A DNA stretch of 62,209 nt, the filler included, from Choristocarpus tenellus KU-1152 (taxonomy: Eukaryota > Protista > Phaeophyceae), in the NCBI GenBank assembly GCA_964200185.2. It is 10 parts of 10 records of this genome, joined end to end, with 100 filler letters (N's around TTAATTAATTAA, not from the genome) between each part and the next. Parts side by side here need not be neighbours in the genome. Positions count along the whole stretch, not along the records: positions 1 to 15,670 come from CAXNAD020000950.1; 9 more parts are not named here. One strand, written 5' to 3'. Shown piece by piece: positions 1 to 14,820 of this stretch; the first letter of the stretch is position 1; each line of letters starts with the position of its first letter. The position numbers and the translations under genes are program-made. The notes under the pieces were generated by a model. It did not search any database. It was not told the DNA's origin and saw only the letters and a program-made list of their open reading frames with translations.

Positions 1-3000
1 TGTTCATCCCTTAGGTTGTGGTTGGAGATAGGGTCAGAGAGAGTTAGGGTTAGGGTTTATATATAGGGCAAGTGTGAAGGCGTTTGTGTTCACAGACATG
101 CACAGGTGGACTTGCTTACTCAGCTTTGGGTAAGGGCCGGTGGCATAGTTTAGTTTGGGGTTATTGTTTAAAGGTTTGCGTAGTGTTTTTTTTTAAAGTC
201 ACCAATGAAATTGAAGTTTGATGACTAGTTGAACTGCATTATTATTTTTTATATCTGGGAGACTTGGGGCAAATGATCATTTCATGTGTGGTTTCTGTAT
301 CTTTTCTAAGGTTAGGGTTGTAGGAATATGCATGAGTTGTCCCTCATTGAAGTTCAAATCATCCTGTTCCGAGTGGAATTGGTTTGTTTATTTTAAGAAT
401 ACACATTTGCATAGGGTTTATGTGCATAAATATTTGTATTTTTCTTATGTTCATGCACATATTTGATGTATTCTATGTTTATGTGTGTTTACCCTTGTAT
501 ATGTGAATTTAATTATGCTCTTTCATGCTCGTTTTCATTTCAGTGTGTGTGTGTGTGTGTGTGCATGTGCATGTGCATTTCTTTTATTTTTGGTCATATA
601 TGTTCAGTTACATATCAGTACATTTGTTTATACAAATTTTTGTTTTGTTTTTACGCAGTCATGAATGCTTCTGTGCATTTAGTGAGCATTTAGTGAGGGC
701 TAGTGTCAATGCTCGTGTCTATGTTTGTGTTGATACTACTGTTTGCATGTTATCTTTTCTTGCCGGTTTTATGTGTGCTCATATGTGCTTTGTGTGTGTG
801 TATCTATTACGTGTATCTATTATGTTTGCATGATACATGCAGGGAAGCGGCAGTTCTCCTTCGCCACATGCTGAAGGCGGGCCTCCTACAGGATCTCACA
901 GATGAGGTATTGGCAACTGAATGGTCGGTTCGTTGGATCTGATTAAAACAACTTAATTGGCTTGATTTGATGTTAGAACAAATTAATTGGTCTGATTTGA
1001 TGTTAAAACAACTTAATTGGTCTGATTTGATGTCAAAATAACTTAATTGGTTTGATTTGATGTTAAAACAACTTAATTGGTTTGCTTTGATGTTAAAACA
1101 ACTTAATTGGTTTGATTTGATGTTAAAACAAATTCATTATTTTGATTTGATGATTTTTTTGACCCGTGGCTGAAGGGCGGCACAAACGAGGGCATAAGAA
1201 TGGTTTCAATGAAAAATTAAAATTGGAAAAAAAAAACTCAGGAAAATGTTGAAATCATTTGGTGCATAACCCTAACTCTACTACAGGATCGGATGGATCT
1301 TTATGTTTTGGTGGTTGATCTCCGCTTTCGCTAAGACTCTGCAAAAGTCCTCGCAACGTACCACTTGGTACGATAATATATTTATTTTTCTTATTATTAT
1401 CACTGTTATTATAATTATTGATAGATGTGATGCAATTAATATCTGTAACTGTCATCTTATTCCCTACACCCCCCCCCCCCCCCCCACCCTGTTCCCTTCT
1501 ACCTCTGGACTTAGTTGTCTGGAGATACTTCATTATTCAAAGAGGCTGGAAGAATAATTATTTATTTTTTTCCTTCAAACGGCTCTACCAGTATATATTT
1601 GTAAAGAAATTACACAACTCCTCATCCTGCTGTTTAGGGTACCACAATGACAACAGCTACCCAGCAACTAAGCCGCTAACGGCTATATTTTGTAGTTGCC
1701 AATAATCTTGCATGCATGCAGTGCACACCAATGACACATACAGCTGTCCATCCCAACCAAAAAATAACTCCCTGTATGATGATCTAAGATGTTCTGCTCC
1801 ATTTTGGTGCAATATTTCAAATGAACACATACACATCTATTCTTGTGCAAAGTATCCAACCTTGGATGTATGAGAAAATTCACGATCATTGCAGCAGGAA
1901 GAGTTTGAGTTGGTTGAAAAAGATTGTCAGGGTCATTGCACATTCCATTGGCTCAATGTGAAGCACTCGAGATCTCTTTTGTTTCAATGCTTTTTCATAA
2001 CGAGTTTGGAGTGGTGTTGTGTTGATGCACGCTTCGAGGGTGTATGATGCTCCAGAGTAGTTGTCAGTTATTGTGATCTTTGACAGTTACATTCTCACAA
2101 GACGACAGTTATGCTTCAGGTACTCTCTAGGTCACGTGTGCAGGGAGTGTGTGTATGCTTATTTTCTTGAATGTGTGTATTGCATGTTTATTGCTGTTTG
2201 TGTGTGTGTGATGGTGCAGGAGGCGAACCAGGTGGAATCTAGCATATTTGATACATCTCTTCCCTTAGCGGCAAGGGCACAGTGTCTGGCATTCGTCATG
2301 GATGGGATGCAGGTGTGATGCAGGCGTTGTTTCCATTGCAGTTGCGTTTATACAGTGCAATATACACTGCTGTTGTGCAGGTCCCTACCGTGTTAAGGAT
2401 GTTTGTCATGGATTACCTTCGAGTGGAATAGTAAAATGTTAGGGTTAGGGTTATGGCTGTGACTGGGGTTAGGGTTACAATACCGTACCATTTATTTGTT
2501 GTGGGTGGGATGCAGGTGCAATAGGAAACTTTTTTATGGCAGTTGCATGGCAGTTCCTTGGTTAGTATTTTACACCTACTACAGCACATACGATAAACTT
2601 TTGTGTACTATTAATTTTTGACAGAATGCGAGTCCCCTTTTTTTCCAGGGTATCATTAAGAGGCTAACCTACACAACCTGTGAATGTATATTCACCCTAA
2701 CCCTAACCCTGCATATAGCCTAGCCTCAGCCGCAGCTAACTCATTGACTTTTGTCATGATCTATCTTGGGAATTGAAGGACTTTGAGGACACATTGGTAG
2801 AAGAAAACGCCACCCAGGGTAAAGGAGCACCCAAGAAGGGAAAGGGGGCAAAGGGCAAGGGGAAGGGCAAGGGCCAACAGGAGGTGGTGAGTACATAATA
2901 ACTGGCTGAACGTGTAATGACTACTGTATCATACTTGCATGGTACCCCCGTTCCTAACAGTTTTGTGACAGGTACATGTCAGTAGTTGGGATAGTATTAC

Positions 3001-6000
3001 AGAGGTAGTAGGGAGAGTTCAAAATGTATACTCTGGAGTGGGTGTGACGTTTTTCTAGTATGAAGCATTCCCTTCTTCTTTGTACACAAAGATAAAGTCA
3101 AGAGTGAATTAGTTCACGCATTCAACCCCAGCTCTCATCCTATCCCTAGCCCATGCCCTCAAAGGTACCCATTGTGCTTTGGTTCAAACTCAAGACCACT
3201 GTGATTCAAGAGAGAAAAAATAAGTAGCACATGTTAGAGCTCTCTAACCCTAACCCTAACCCTAACCCTAAGTGTTCCTGCCTCTCACTTCTAGTGCTTA
3301 CCTTCATCACTTCAGCAAATTCGTATACAATAAGTACAAAATCATCTTAACTTGTTTTGAGCTTGACTGCAGCCTAAAAGGATGACATCACTTTCCCTTG
3401 TTTGACTTGAACTTGGCAGATATCCAACTCCAGATGAGGTTAGGGTTAGGGTTAGGGTTAGGATGGTGTATCCTCGACATCGTGAGCTGCTTTACCTCTC
3501 TAAGCACCCAATAGACAATACTGTCCAATGTATTGACTAACGTTTTGTCCAATGTATATTATTCTTGAATATTCTATCCGTAACTGTTCTCTACACCTAG
3601 TGTTCTCAATCCGTGGTTCCACTACAGTCTGTACATCAAATCTAAGCACAGTAGTCTAGCACTCCAGACTACTCCAGACTACTCCAGACTACTCCAGAGT
3701 ACTTCTCTGTCATGTACTATCTCGTATCATACAACTGCTGTTCCCAACGAAAAGCTTTTGGATTCTCCTGTTGTGTAGCTTTCACGTGGAATACAACAGT
3801 CGTAACTGCCATGGAAAATATATATGTAGTAACTGTCATGTCAATAGCTGCTGCGCTTACTACTCTGAGACTGTGAGCGAAAAACCGTCTCTGTTTGAAC
3901 CAGGGGCACGAGCAGAGAATCACGACAAAGCTTGAGGGTTTGGCATCCTTGGTAGTGGATCACGTTGCTTTGGTACTGGTAGAGGATGACACCGTCGCTG
4001 ATCAGGTGTGTGAAGATCAAATTCAATATTTTTAAACTAAGTTGAGTATGAAGTATTTTTTTATTATTGTTGCTCGCTGTCCTTCTACTTCTGGCTTTAT
4101 TGTGATATTGTGCATCTAGGGGTATGCACGTTCCATTCCCTACCCTTGATCCTATCCTGAACCCTCTGGTTGACCATGTGATGACAACCCTGATCGTAAC
4201 TCTATCTTCTAACCCTGATTCTAACTCCATCTTCTAGCCCTAACCTTAACCCTTGCGTGTTCAGGAGCGGCGATACATACGTACGTAGTGTAGATATACA
4301 TACATACATACATAGTGTAGACATACATACATACATAGTGTAGACATACATACCTTCTGCCCCAGTAGGGTGCTTGGGTTTGGGTTAGGGTCTAGGTTGT
4401 ATTTTTTATTGTTTATTTGTGAAAGTTTTTTTTTCTCATCATTGTACCAAGCGTTGTTTTCACACTCGGCAGTGGAATCAATGATGGCCTTATTTGATCC
4501 TTGCTTTGAAAAAACATCCAATCTCGATGCGTATGTCACACCAATTTAGTGTTTGGTGTTTCCAGCACTTGTCTCTAACTCTACCTCTAACAATGTAGGT
4601 TAACACCACAATGTTTGCATGCTTCAAACCCCCTCGTTCAACATGGGGGGATCTACCGTGTTTTTGCATTGTCAATGAGCTGACTTGGTGTTTCCTAACA
4701 GCATGGAATGGCGTTGCTACAACTGTACATTCCTCTTTTTGTGTTGCCGTTCCTGATATGATTGTCTTCGTTGACATCGGTTGACATTTTTCTTCTCCCT
4801 GCTAGTGTTTACTAGTATATTTATATCTGGATTCTTCTTGATTATTTTTTTTATTTACATACTTTGCTCACTGATATATTACAGATGTAGTAGTAAAATG
4901 ACATAAATTGTCTGTATTGTTTGCAACAAAGACCTTCTACATAACAGCAAGCAGTAGTTATTATTGGCAATACTCATGTTTGACTTACAGAAGTAGACAG
5001 AGATAGATATAGATTGATGGAGAATTATTCTTTCAGTGACAAGACTACTTGTATATAAAACCCTAACCCCTATACCACATACCTGAACCTGACCCTAACC
5101 CTAACCCAAGAGCATGTTCCTAAGTGTAGCTCTAACCATCATGTGAGGTCCCCCAATACAACCCTAACCCTAACCCTAATCTTATACTCCAGAGTATATT
5201 CTAGGTCCCTCAACATAGCATAATACTGTAGTCCTACCACAAGGCCCTTGAACCTACCTACCCGCTTACTCTATTGGAACCCTGGCATGCACGCAAAAGC
5301 CCTCCAACTATAACAAAACCGCTACACAAAAAAAAACAGGTTCGTTTTGCATATGCCGACTCTGTAATAAATTCCCTATGGTCCTTGCCACAAGCACCCC
5401 TGGCAAGGGAATGGGATGCCTGGCTGTCGCTCCTGGGCAGTGATGAAGGGACTGAAGGTGGGGAAGAGGGTGGGGGCCGAGGGGGAGTGGTGCCGGGAGA
5501 GGGGAGGGGTGGAGCTCTGAGCAGAGAAGAACATGTGATTGCTGCGAGGATGGTGGTCATGAGTGCACGGGTGAGTTTTTGTAGAGGCTGGTATGGTGCT
5601 ATGTGGAGCTAAAGTTCCATCCTGTAGTCTCAATTTTTTTGCTTTGTAAAGGAAAGGAGAGGGTTAGGGTTAGGGTTGTGGTGTTGTTCGAGGTACTAAA
5701 AAAGACTTTGAAGAGACTGGTGGGGTCTTGTGTAGATATCGAGCATAGCTTTCGGAAGGGTTAGGGTTAGGATTGTTGGAGGTTCTGGAAAAGGATTTGT
5801 AGGTATTTCTGTTTACTGTGTATCACTTCATATTTTATGTATGTGCGATAGTATCGACTTCATGATGTATACAATACAAGTTTTGCCTTGTAAGGTTTAG
5901 GATAAATGAAGGTTCAAGGTTACAGGGTTGTCGAAGTTATAGGGGAAAATGTTCCATGGGGATTGTTGGATGCTGTACAGGAAAAGCATAATATCAGTTT

Positions 6001-9000
6001 CGTTTTGTCTTCTTTTGTACTAATTCTAGGTTAACAGGATAGAAGTAGGTTAGGGTTAAGGATATTGGAGGTAGAATGGTATGGGTTGTATAGGGATTGG
6101 TATGGTGTTTGCACAGATCGAGTATACTGATATTTCCAGTGTGTGTCTTGCTTTTGTATCAGTGAGGGGGATCAGAGCAGTTTGGTATTAGGGGTTGTCG
6201 AGATACACTGATAGAGGTAGTCTGTACCCACTACTATATCGCAATTGAGTTATATATGGTGGATGTTTAGTGGAACATGTCACAATTTGGTGGGTAGTAG
6301 ATTGTGATAGTGTTAAGGCATTCACATCACATTTTGGATGTTTATATCGCAATTGTTTAGAGATGATGATGGTGATGATGGTGGAGAAGGGGATGGGGAT
6401 GGTGATGGTGATGTTGTTAGTGCAGATATTTCCTCCACCTTGACAAGAGTCACTCATAGACACACCACTTGGTATCAAAGGCAGGGATAGGGCTAGGGTT
6501 GCAGTATAGTCTCCTGTACAAAAGAATGACTGAAACAGACAACGGTATATACATTGAAGTGGGGTTCAACCCACATCCATGCTGTCAGCAATAGACCATT
6601 GTACTGTCATATTGGCCCACCATCCCCTCACATCTCCAGTCAGCAGCAATATCTGAATGCTAGTCAAGATTGGACGACCCAATATGTTAGATCTTGGAGC
6701 CCTATTTTTGTTCCAAATGGATAGTCAATGTCACTTTTTTTTTAATCTGCTTTCTCCACGCTGGCTCCATAGGGTGCTGATCTTTTTGTAGGGATTCATT
6801 GCTGAAGAGATCTCGTATTTTTTAGAGTGGTGGTGACTATGCTGAAATTTTTTGTTGGTGTTAGAGCTACACTCCTACCTTTAGTCGTATGTGTGTTGTT
6901 GTGGTACACTTTACAGGTGGTGGCTGGGGAGGTGTGATGATGATGATAGCGATAATATTTGTAGCGATAACTGTAATTAACTGGTGATATTTGACTATTT
7001 ATATAATTCATTCTTGCAGTGCTATTAAAATAGTAGTGATGATAATAATGTGATTATTGATACAGGAAGGCTTTTGTAGTATGTGATACAAATGAAAGCA
7101 ACACTCTTGTTATTTGCTGATTGCGCTTTTTGTATGTTTCTCCATTCTCCTCCAGGAAAATGTCTGTAACATATCAGCAGTAATAATAATATTGCTGATG
7201 ATATAACTAAGATAATAATGACATTGCTGTTGATAACCTTGAAATGATAATACTGCTGATGATAACCATAATAATATTTATGTTTCTGATGATAACCAGA
7301 ATAATTACATTACTAATGATAATATCGCTGACGACAACCAGGACAATAATAATATTGCTGATAATAATATTTACATTATATGGATATTGTCACATCATAC
7401 GATACAGATGGCAGCAGGGGAGGCCGTCACTGGCCGACGAAGGGCAGGCAATGTGTTACTCACTAAGGAGGCTAGGCAGGTTAGATAAAGGAAGAGACAA
7501 AATAAGGCGGGGCTGTGAGTTTGTAACTATGTGGGTGTGGCTGGACTTTCTTGAATAGCTTATGGTGTGCAGACCTTTCAAGTTCTTACTTGTGTTGTAT
7601 TTATGTATTTTGCCAACACAGGAGGTTAGGAACTCCCTGGTGAACCTGACAGAGGCGTGCATGCTTCACCTACCTGACCTGCTCAGAAAGGTTCAGGTGA
7701 GGAGGTTATGGGAAAACGTTTTGTAACGTTTCTTTTTTTTATGCTACTTCTAAGTATTTTTTTTTAATGCTTGTGTCAAATTAGTGTTTACTGGAAATAT
7801 TTTATTTTTTCCATTTTTTATGTTCTTCTTGGCATTGTTATTGTTCTTAATTTGTTTTGCTTTTAAGGAACGTTGTGTTGGGATCAGGGCTTACTTACTA
7901 TTGTGATTGTGTGTGATCGGTAATATTTTCATTTGCACTTTGCATTTATGTAATAACATAACAATAATGTATTTCCCAAAATTGCTCTTGAAATATAATG
8001 CATTGCAGTAATGTTAGAATATGTACTTCTGTATTACACATGTAACTTTTGATGTTGCTTAAACAACAGGAAACAAGCTGTCTCTTAACTGTCTATGAGT
8101 ACCACTGTTTCCATATACTTGGAAGAATTTTGACTGTTACATGACAGTTTCATCTTCCGCCCTTTCTCAGTCGGATGATGTGCAGTTGTCACTTCTTTGT
8201 GAGCTTCCGGTTCACCTTCCTGCTGAGGCACTGGCCTCCTGGGTTTCTGGAAGTGGGCAGGCGTCTTTCTCTTCTTTGCTGCGGCGGATCAAGGATTCCT
8301 TCCTCATGTGAGTGAAGTATTTGTGCTACTATGGCTCTTGAGACATAAATTCAGGACTTCAAAGCATATTCGTCCGAGATTTTGTGTAATTAGTTGGTAT
8401 GCGCTGAATGGACAAAACTATGGTACACCTTGAACCAACAAGCGCTTGATATTGATATTTTTTAAAGTAGAATTATATGTTCATGTGTCCAAACTGTGGT
8501 AACCCTAACCCTAACCTCATGTTTACAAGAATCGGTGCTCTAGAATGCTGGGATAGTTTGATGCATGGCTGTGTGCTTGTAAAGGAGTAGTTGAAAGGCA
8601 CATGGTTGCTCCAGTACCTCACAAAATATGGTTAACACTGTCCTGTTACAATAGGGGTGTGCAGGAGTAAGGACTGCATCACAGACACCACGGTGGGGTA
8701 GAAAATAGATTAAAAATCTTGCAGTAGTGGGATCAGCACCCCCTGCAAGTAAGAGTTCACTTTGAGAAGGATGTGCACTGACATAATGAGATGTTCCAGA
8801 CGACTACGTACTAACTAACCCTAACCCTAACCCTTGGCCAAACCTCACCCAACAACCATTGTACTGCCAAGTCCTTTATCATTGTAAGTTAAGCCCTACC
8901 TTATTCCTACAGGTCTTCAAGCAACGATGTGCTTGTGAAGGCGTCTGCCAGTATGTGCTCCCTACTCTCCGCAGACCATGCCAAGAAGGCAGAGGTGAGC

Positions 9001-12000
9001 CATAGTTCTATGCCTAGCCCTATCTCTGACTGTGAACCCCCTTAACCTTTTTTTTTACAGTCATACCAAGCCTCAAAAATACTACATTATACTATATTAT
9101 TATACTGTCAAAGTAACCCTAACCCTACCATACATTAATGTTTTACTCAAGTGTGGTACTTGTCACTAACCTTAACCTTAGCCCTGCCAAAAAGGTGTGT
9201 TTTTTACTTTGGTAAACTAGAGCCAACCCTAACTCTCTCCCAATATATGATACACTAGTGGCAGAAACACTGTTAAAAAAATCAAGGTACATAAATGCAT
9301 ACAAAGAGGGAGCCATTTGCGGGCTATGGGAAGGTGTGCTCTCTGAGTTTTGGCAGCTCTTATACATCAGACCCTCAGAGTTCAACATCCTCATAACCTC
9401 ATGTCTAGTATTCATACACCATTACTGTGAGATTTCCAGGTAGATAATACAGATGAAAAGCGATCTTGTCCGATATTGCATCCTCTTCACTCACATGAGT
9501 TAGGGTTAGGGTTAGGATTAGGGTGAAGGTAACTGAAACTGTAAACCTGCATTATTTAAAGTTCGACATTTCAATTGCGAGGGAGTTGCTGAATGAGTAA
9601 CAACTCAAATCTATCAGATGTAGGGTTTGCATTAAGGTTGGGATTAAGGCTAGAGTTAGGGGTAGAAAAATATACTACAACAGTGTGATACAATAGAGTT
9701 CAGTCATTGACAGATGCCTGTTCCTTTCATGGAAAATCAATGCAAATGTCATCACAGGTAGAATCCACAGTCCAGACAATGATGCAGGACCTTGCTGAGA
9801 AAGCACTTGACCTGTGTCAGAGCATCTGTGGCAGATTGGGATTGAGTGACGAAGTTGAACAGGAGGAGCAAGGGAAGATCAAATCCAAGGGAAAATCTAA
9901 GTCTACTACCAACACCAATGCTAAGAAGAGCAAGACTGGAAGGTGGGATGGGACAAGATGTTAGATCCTAACCCTATCCCTAACCCTGACCCTAACTTCA
10001 GTCTTAACCCCAGCCTTAGAACATTTCCTTAACTTTGTATCTCCAACCCTTACCCTCACCCTGAATGTAGTACTACCTATCAGCATGATAAGAACACACC
10101 ACAATAGCCCTAACCCTAGGCGAAGTCCTCAGAGCCCTGATAGTAACCTTTATTGTGAAAGTAGACTTATGTCTGTGATGCTTTGGGCAGACAAGATCGC
10201 ACTACTTGTAGCCACAACCCTAACTGCCATCCTTGAACCACCAATCACAAGACCTAACCCTAATCCTACCTCTTTGCCTAACATCAATGCTACTACTACT
10301 ACTTCGTGGGATGGGGAGAGAGTGCTATCATAACCCTAGGTGAAATCTTTCTTGAGCCTCCACCCGAAGCCCTGCTCTAACTCTTAACCCGAGACTCCAC
10401 CCGAAGCCCTGCTCTAACTCTTAACCTTAACCCTAAACCTGAAACTAGATTATTGATACTGTGCTATGGAACGCTCTTGGGCAGGATGAGGAGATCACAC
10501 AAAGTCGTACCTCCAGCTGTCATCCTTAAATCTTTTTATGAAGCCATAACCCTAGTCCCACCCCTGTTTATTCCTAACCCTAACCCTGAACCTCCCATAT
10601 GTAGCCTTAACCCTAGCCCCAATTCTGTATGTATCAAACCCTGACCATAATATGGGGAGTTCTATCTAAAGCCCTAACCCCAACTATCCCACCCTCTCTC
10701 TTCCATTAGTGCTTCTTGGCAGGATGAGGAAAGTGCACTGGGCCTGTGCCTCCGGCGCCTGCGAATCTTGTGTGGAAAAGTGGACCCTAACGGTAGGATA
10801 GATGGGGAGGTAGACGCCTTCAACCTGTGGGAGGGGGTGGCGGAAGCAGTTACAGCACACTGCAACCTTGACCAGGTATGTACCTATGTATACAGTACAC
10901 ACACATATATATGTGTATATGGAGTTATAGGGAAAATATTGAGTGATGAGAAAACATGTTTCGGGACAGTTTCGGGATACTAACCCTAACCCTAACCCTA
11001 ATCCAAGCAGTACTTTTTGAGCTTTGAAGTTTGAAGTTTGAAGTAGAGATTTGGCGGCAGAGTTCCGTGTGTAGATCACGTTTCAATGTTGTGTCCCAGT
11101 ATACTGTATTGGGTAGGGGACAATTGTTTGAGCAGTTTCGCAACAGTTTCATGTAGGTTTCATGTATTCACACATTATATCAATAATATTTCTGTATATT
11201 AACTCAGACTACTGGTGATGTTTTGTTCAAGGACCCCAGCAATGTGTATTGCTGTTAACTGTAATTGGGTATATGTAGGAGGGGTCCGTGTGATAGGATC
11301 AGTAGGGTGGTTACTATGTATTATTATGTTGGGTTTTGTATACTCCAAAGGTAACCTCTTGTCAGTGTTTTGTTTGAGGACCCACACAAGTTTCGAAGTT
11401 ATGGAATACTGACCATTTTGTCATACAAACTGGTACTGATATCAAGTTCCCACCACAAAAGGGACCTCACACCAACCCAATTTGCACAAAATCATGAATG
11501 TACAAGGTGATTTCTTGATGGTTTAGTGGTGATCCTTCAGTGAGCAATCCTGTCTTTCTGCCCTGAAATCCTTGGAGTACATCACCAAATTGAACTTGTG
11601 GGGTTGTGTTTTGCGGAATTGACTTTCACCTAGAAAAGGGGTACCATGCAGGGACAAGTGTGAATAATATGTACTTTGAATTATGTGCCTTAGCGCTAAA
11701 GCTCAATTCCATCAACATGTCTCTGTGCACACCTCTTCAATCAGGACAGTTTTTTTCAACAGAGTTCACCCGCCACTATATTTGTTGATCAAAGTAATGT
11801 GACATTGACTACCAGTGATACTATGATTGCTCCTTTTTCTCTTTTTACAGTGAACAACAGCAGAAATCTTTAAGCCTGTTCTACATAGAAAAGAGTTTGA
11901 CCACATCCGTATCCACATTGCCTGTGTTTACCATAGTCAAGACATAGTGTATCTATTTTAGTCCTCACTATATGCTACAATATTTATTTGCTGCAGGTTC

Positions 12001-14820
12001 TTCCAGAAGGCACAATATCACAGTCGCAGCACCCCAATCGACTCAATCTGGCCAGGGAGGTGAGAAGAAAAGAGTTTCAAAGGCCTTCCGTCCTATCAGG
12101 GGGTTGATCATGTTTGTCAAACAAACTCTCATATTCATAGTAATGTGTAGTAGGTAGTAGTATTTGTGGTACTAAAGTACAGCAGCAGATTTTCCCCACC
12201 ATTTTGAGATGCTTTTTTCAATCCTGCTTTGCCGAAATGGCTCAGCTGGCCCAATTTGTGTGTTCCCCTTGTGGGCTGGGTCTTGCGTGAGTTGTTCTGA
12301 GACAGCATCTTCTTCCTGCTATAAGTCTCCTGTTATATTTGCTTTGCACTAACCCTAACCCTAACCCTAACCCTAACCATGTACACTAATGTCACCACTT
12401 CCGCCGTTTGTTAGCATAATATTTGCAGTTCATTATCAGCAGTGGCCCAAGTCATAACCCTACACTAGTAGTAACCCCAACTCTACCCTTGTCCCTTGTG
12501 TAAAAGTCTAGCATTGAGAGTAATTACAACATCACGCTTCCCTAACACTTCAACTACACACGCACATCGCTGACACTTCTGCAATCATAGAAAATAAATA
12601 ATGTATTAACCCATTTGTAAACATCCACTTGAAAAAATACCGAAGATCGCCCAGCCTTTGTCCCTAACCCTAAACCAACACTAGCATCAGCCCTAGCACT
12701 AGTCTCACTGCTACAATTAACACCATCACTGACATTAAAGGTTGTGGAAGAAGGAGCTGGACTCCTCTACACTCTCTTTCTGTGGCAGATTAATCCCATC
12801 CTCCGAAACCTCAGAGCCAAGGCCATGGCTACAGATTCAGTCACTGGATCAACGGCAAACTCACCAAAGAAGAAAAAGAAGACACCCAAGGGGTCAAAAG
12901 TTTCTGACAAGAGAGAAGGTAGGAGTGTGATGCCAAGTTGATCCAATCAGCTACATTTTGAGCAAAACAAAATAGGCACGTATGTCAACTCAGAACCATG
13001 GCCATGACCTCAGGTCGACTACAGATTCAATACTGAAGTCAATACTGAAGTCACCAAGAAGTTGAAATAATACTGAATGTAGCTGTACCAAACCTCTAAC
13101 CTTCAAGTTTAACCATGGTACATACATTATTTAGGCATATGAATATGGTAGTGGTTTTGTCAACATTATGGCTTGACCATGAAAGAAACCGTTCACTAGA
13201 TTATAGGTGTAGATTATATACTGACATTGACATACCTTCCACTAACGAACTCACCATCCTGCCTGAGATATAGTTGACAGGTACATCAAATTTCTCAGGA
13301 GAATTTCTTACTAGACCACTATTTACACCCGTGGCAGTAATCAAACACTTAACCTAGCCCTATTACTAAACCCCTACCTTACACTTACCACTGGAAACCG
13401 CTTCCCTAACCCTAACCCTAACCCTAGTCTTGACTCTGATAATAATCGTGCTCCTACCCTGACCCTGGTTTTGAAAAGCCACCATAACCCAACCCTAACC
13501 CTGGACTCACATCATACGCAGCACATCCCTGATACTGAAATGCAGTGTTTGTGAGTGTGCCTTGCTATATAGACTCAGAGGGGAACAGGAACCCTCACCT
13601 CCTCACAGGTCATTTTTTTTTTTTGCCCTGAACCTGGCCCTGATGTTCCTTGTTTGTCAGTGACAGATGTGGACGTGTCTGTTGACGCAGAGGTAACGGA
13701 TGAGATGGTGGACCGTGCCGCTCAACACAGGTGAAGACTGCATCCCTAACCCTAACCCTTGACACGGCATGGGTCATCCTATTGGCCCTACTCGGTGTAG
13801 AGGATAAAATCAATCCCATTGGCTGGCACAATGTTGACCTTTTCTGAACACGTCCCTCCTTAGCCCTAGATCTTGACGGGCCTCCTGGCAAGGGTGTCGT
13901 TCCTACGTCAATCTATGCTCTTACTTCAAGTACATGCTGTCCCTAATGCTAAGGTTCAAGAGTTAGGGAAAGTTGCACGGCAATTGTGTCCTCGTGGCTT
14001 ATTGTATTATTGTACCATACTGGCCATCTCGTTCGTCTTAACGTTTACTTTTTGCACCATGGCGTCTCTACCCAATCAATCCTGTTTTTTTTATTGTTCT
14101 GTTATTTTGCCATTGTTGTGGTAGATGTGGTAGATGTGGGATGATTCCATGGATGAACTTCCTCGTACTGCTGCCTTTCTTGCATACTTTCAAGTGCTGA
14201 AGTTCTAGGTTTATAGTGGTGTCTCACACCTCAATTGTTTCACATGCCTTACCTGTATTCCCTGCCTATTATTTCCCTCCCCCTTATCCTATTCAATCTG
14301 CTGTTTTGATAGGCCCTCTCTCCCTTTCTCTCTGCTGCCGTAGTGTCTGGTCTTTGCAATCTCTAATGGTTGTTTTTATCAGCGATAAATGTGTTACTTC
14401 TTTTGTCCAATTCAGAGCATTATTATTGTTGTTTTTATTTGTATGTTGTTTTTCGAATGTTTAATGTGGCAACATTTTATTGTACACTTTGGTGCAAAGG
14501 TCAACTTATTTTTTTTCAGAAAAAAACATCCCTCCTTCGGTCTCACATGTGTTAATATTGTTGGTTGACCATGTGTTTTTATGTAATATCACCTGCAGTA
14601 GGCTTTTTTTTTCAGCCAGATTTAGGTAGCACATTTTGTGCTTTCTTGTGCATGCTGTCTTCCCCAGAGTATGAATTTGTCTAGGTTGTGCACGCCAACC
14701 ATATTTTACCAAGCCTCTCCAACACATCCTCCTAGCATTTGTAGTGGCAGGGTGGGCATGGAGATTGACAATTTCTCTTCTTTTTTTTTTGTCTCTCGGC
14801 GCACATCCCTAACCCTGATC
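1..14820. repeat. Dispersed short telomere-type (TTAGGG)n/(CCCTAA)n tracts in Scc3 introns, both orientations
   Basis: Seen directly at about 43-56, 2438-2476, 2695-2710, 3245-3271, 3438-3462, 5060-5180, 5662-5676, 8500-8516, 8815-8833, 9499-9523, 9967-10680, 10981-11002, 12349-12378, 13405-13426, 13745-13758 and 14807-14817. Confidence 0.9.

Noticed and set aside
1-60. True telomere at the window start
   Set aside because: Only 2-3 units, on the G-strand, and apparently within an intron of a gene that continues upstream.
284-833. Cys/Val-rich ORFs, and similar poly-Pro, poly-Gly and PNPN ORFs elsewhere
   Set aside because: They are translations of (TG)n, poly-C/G and telomeric microsatellites in introns.
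943-1152. CRISPR-like array
   Set aside because: Units are contiguous with no unique spacers, there are no cas genes, and it lies in a eukaryotic intron.
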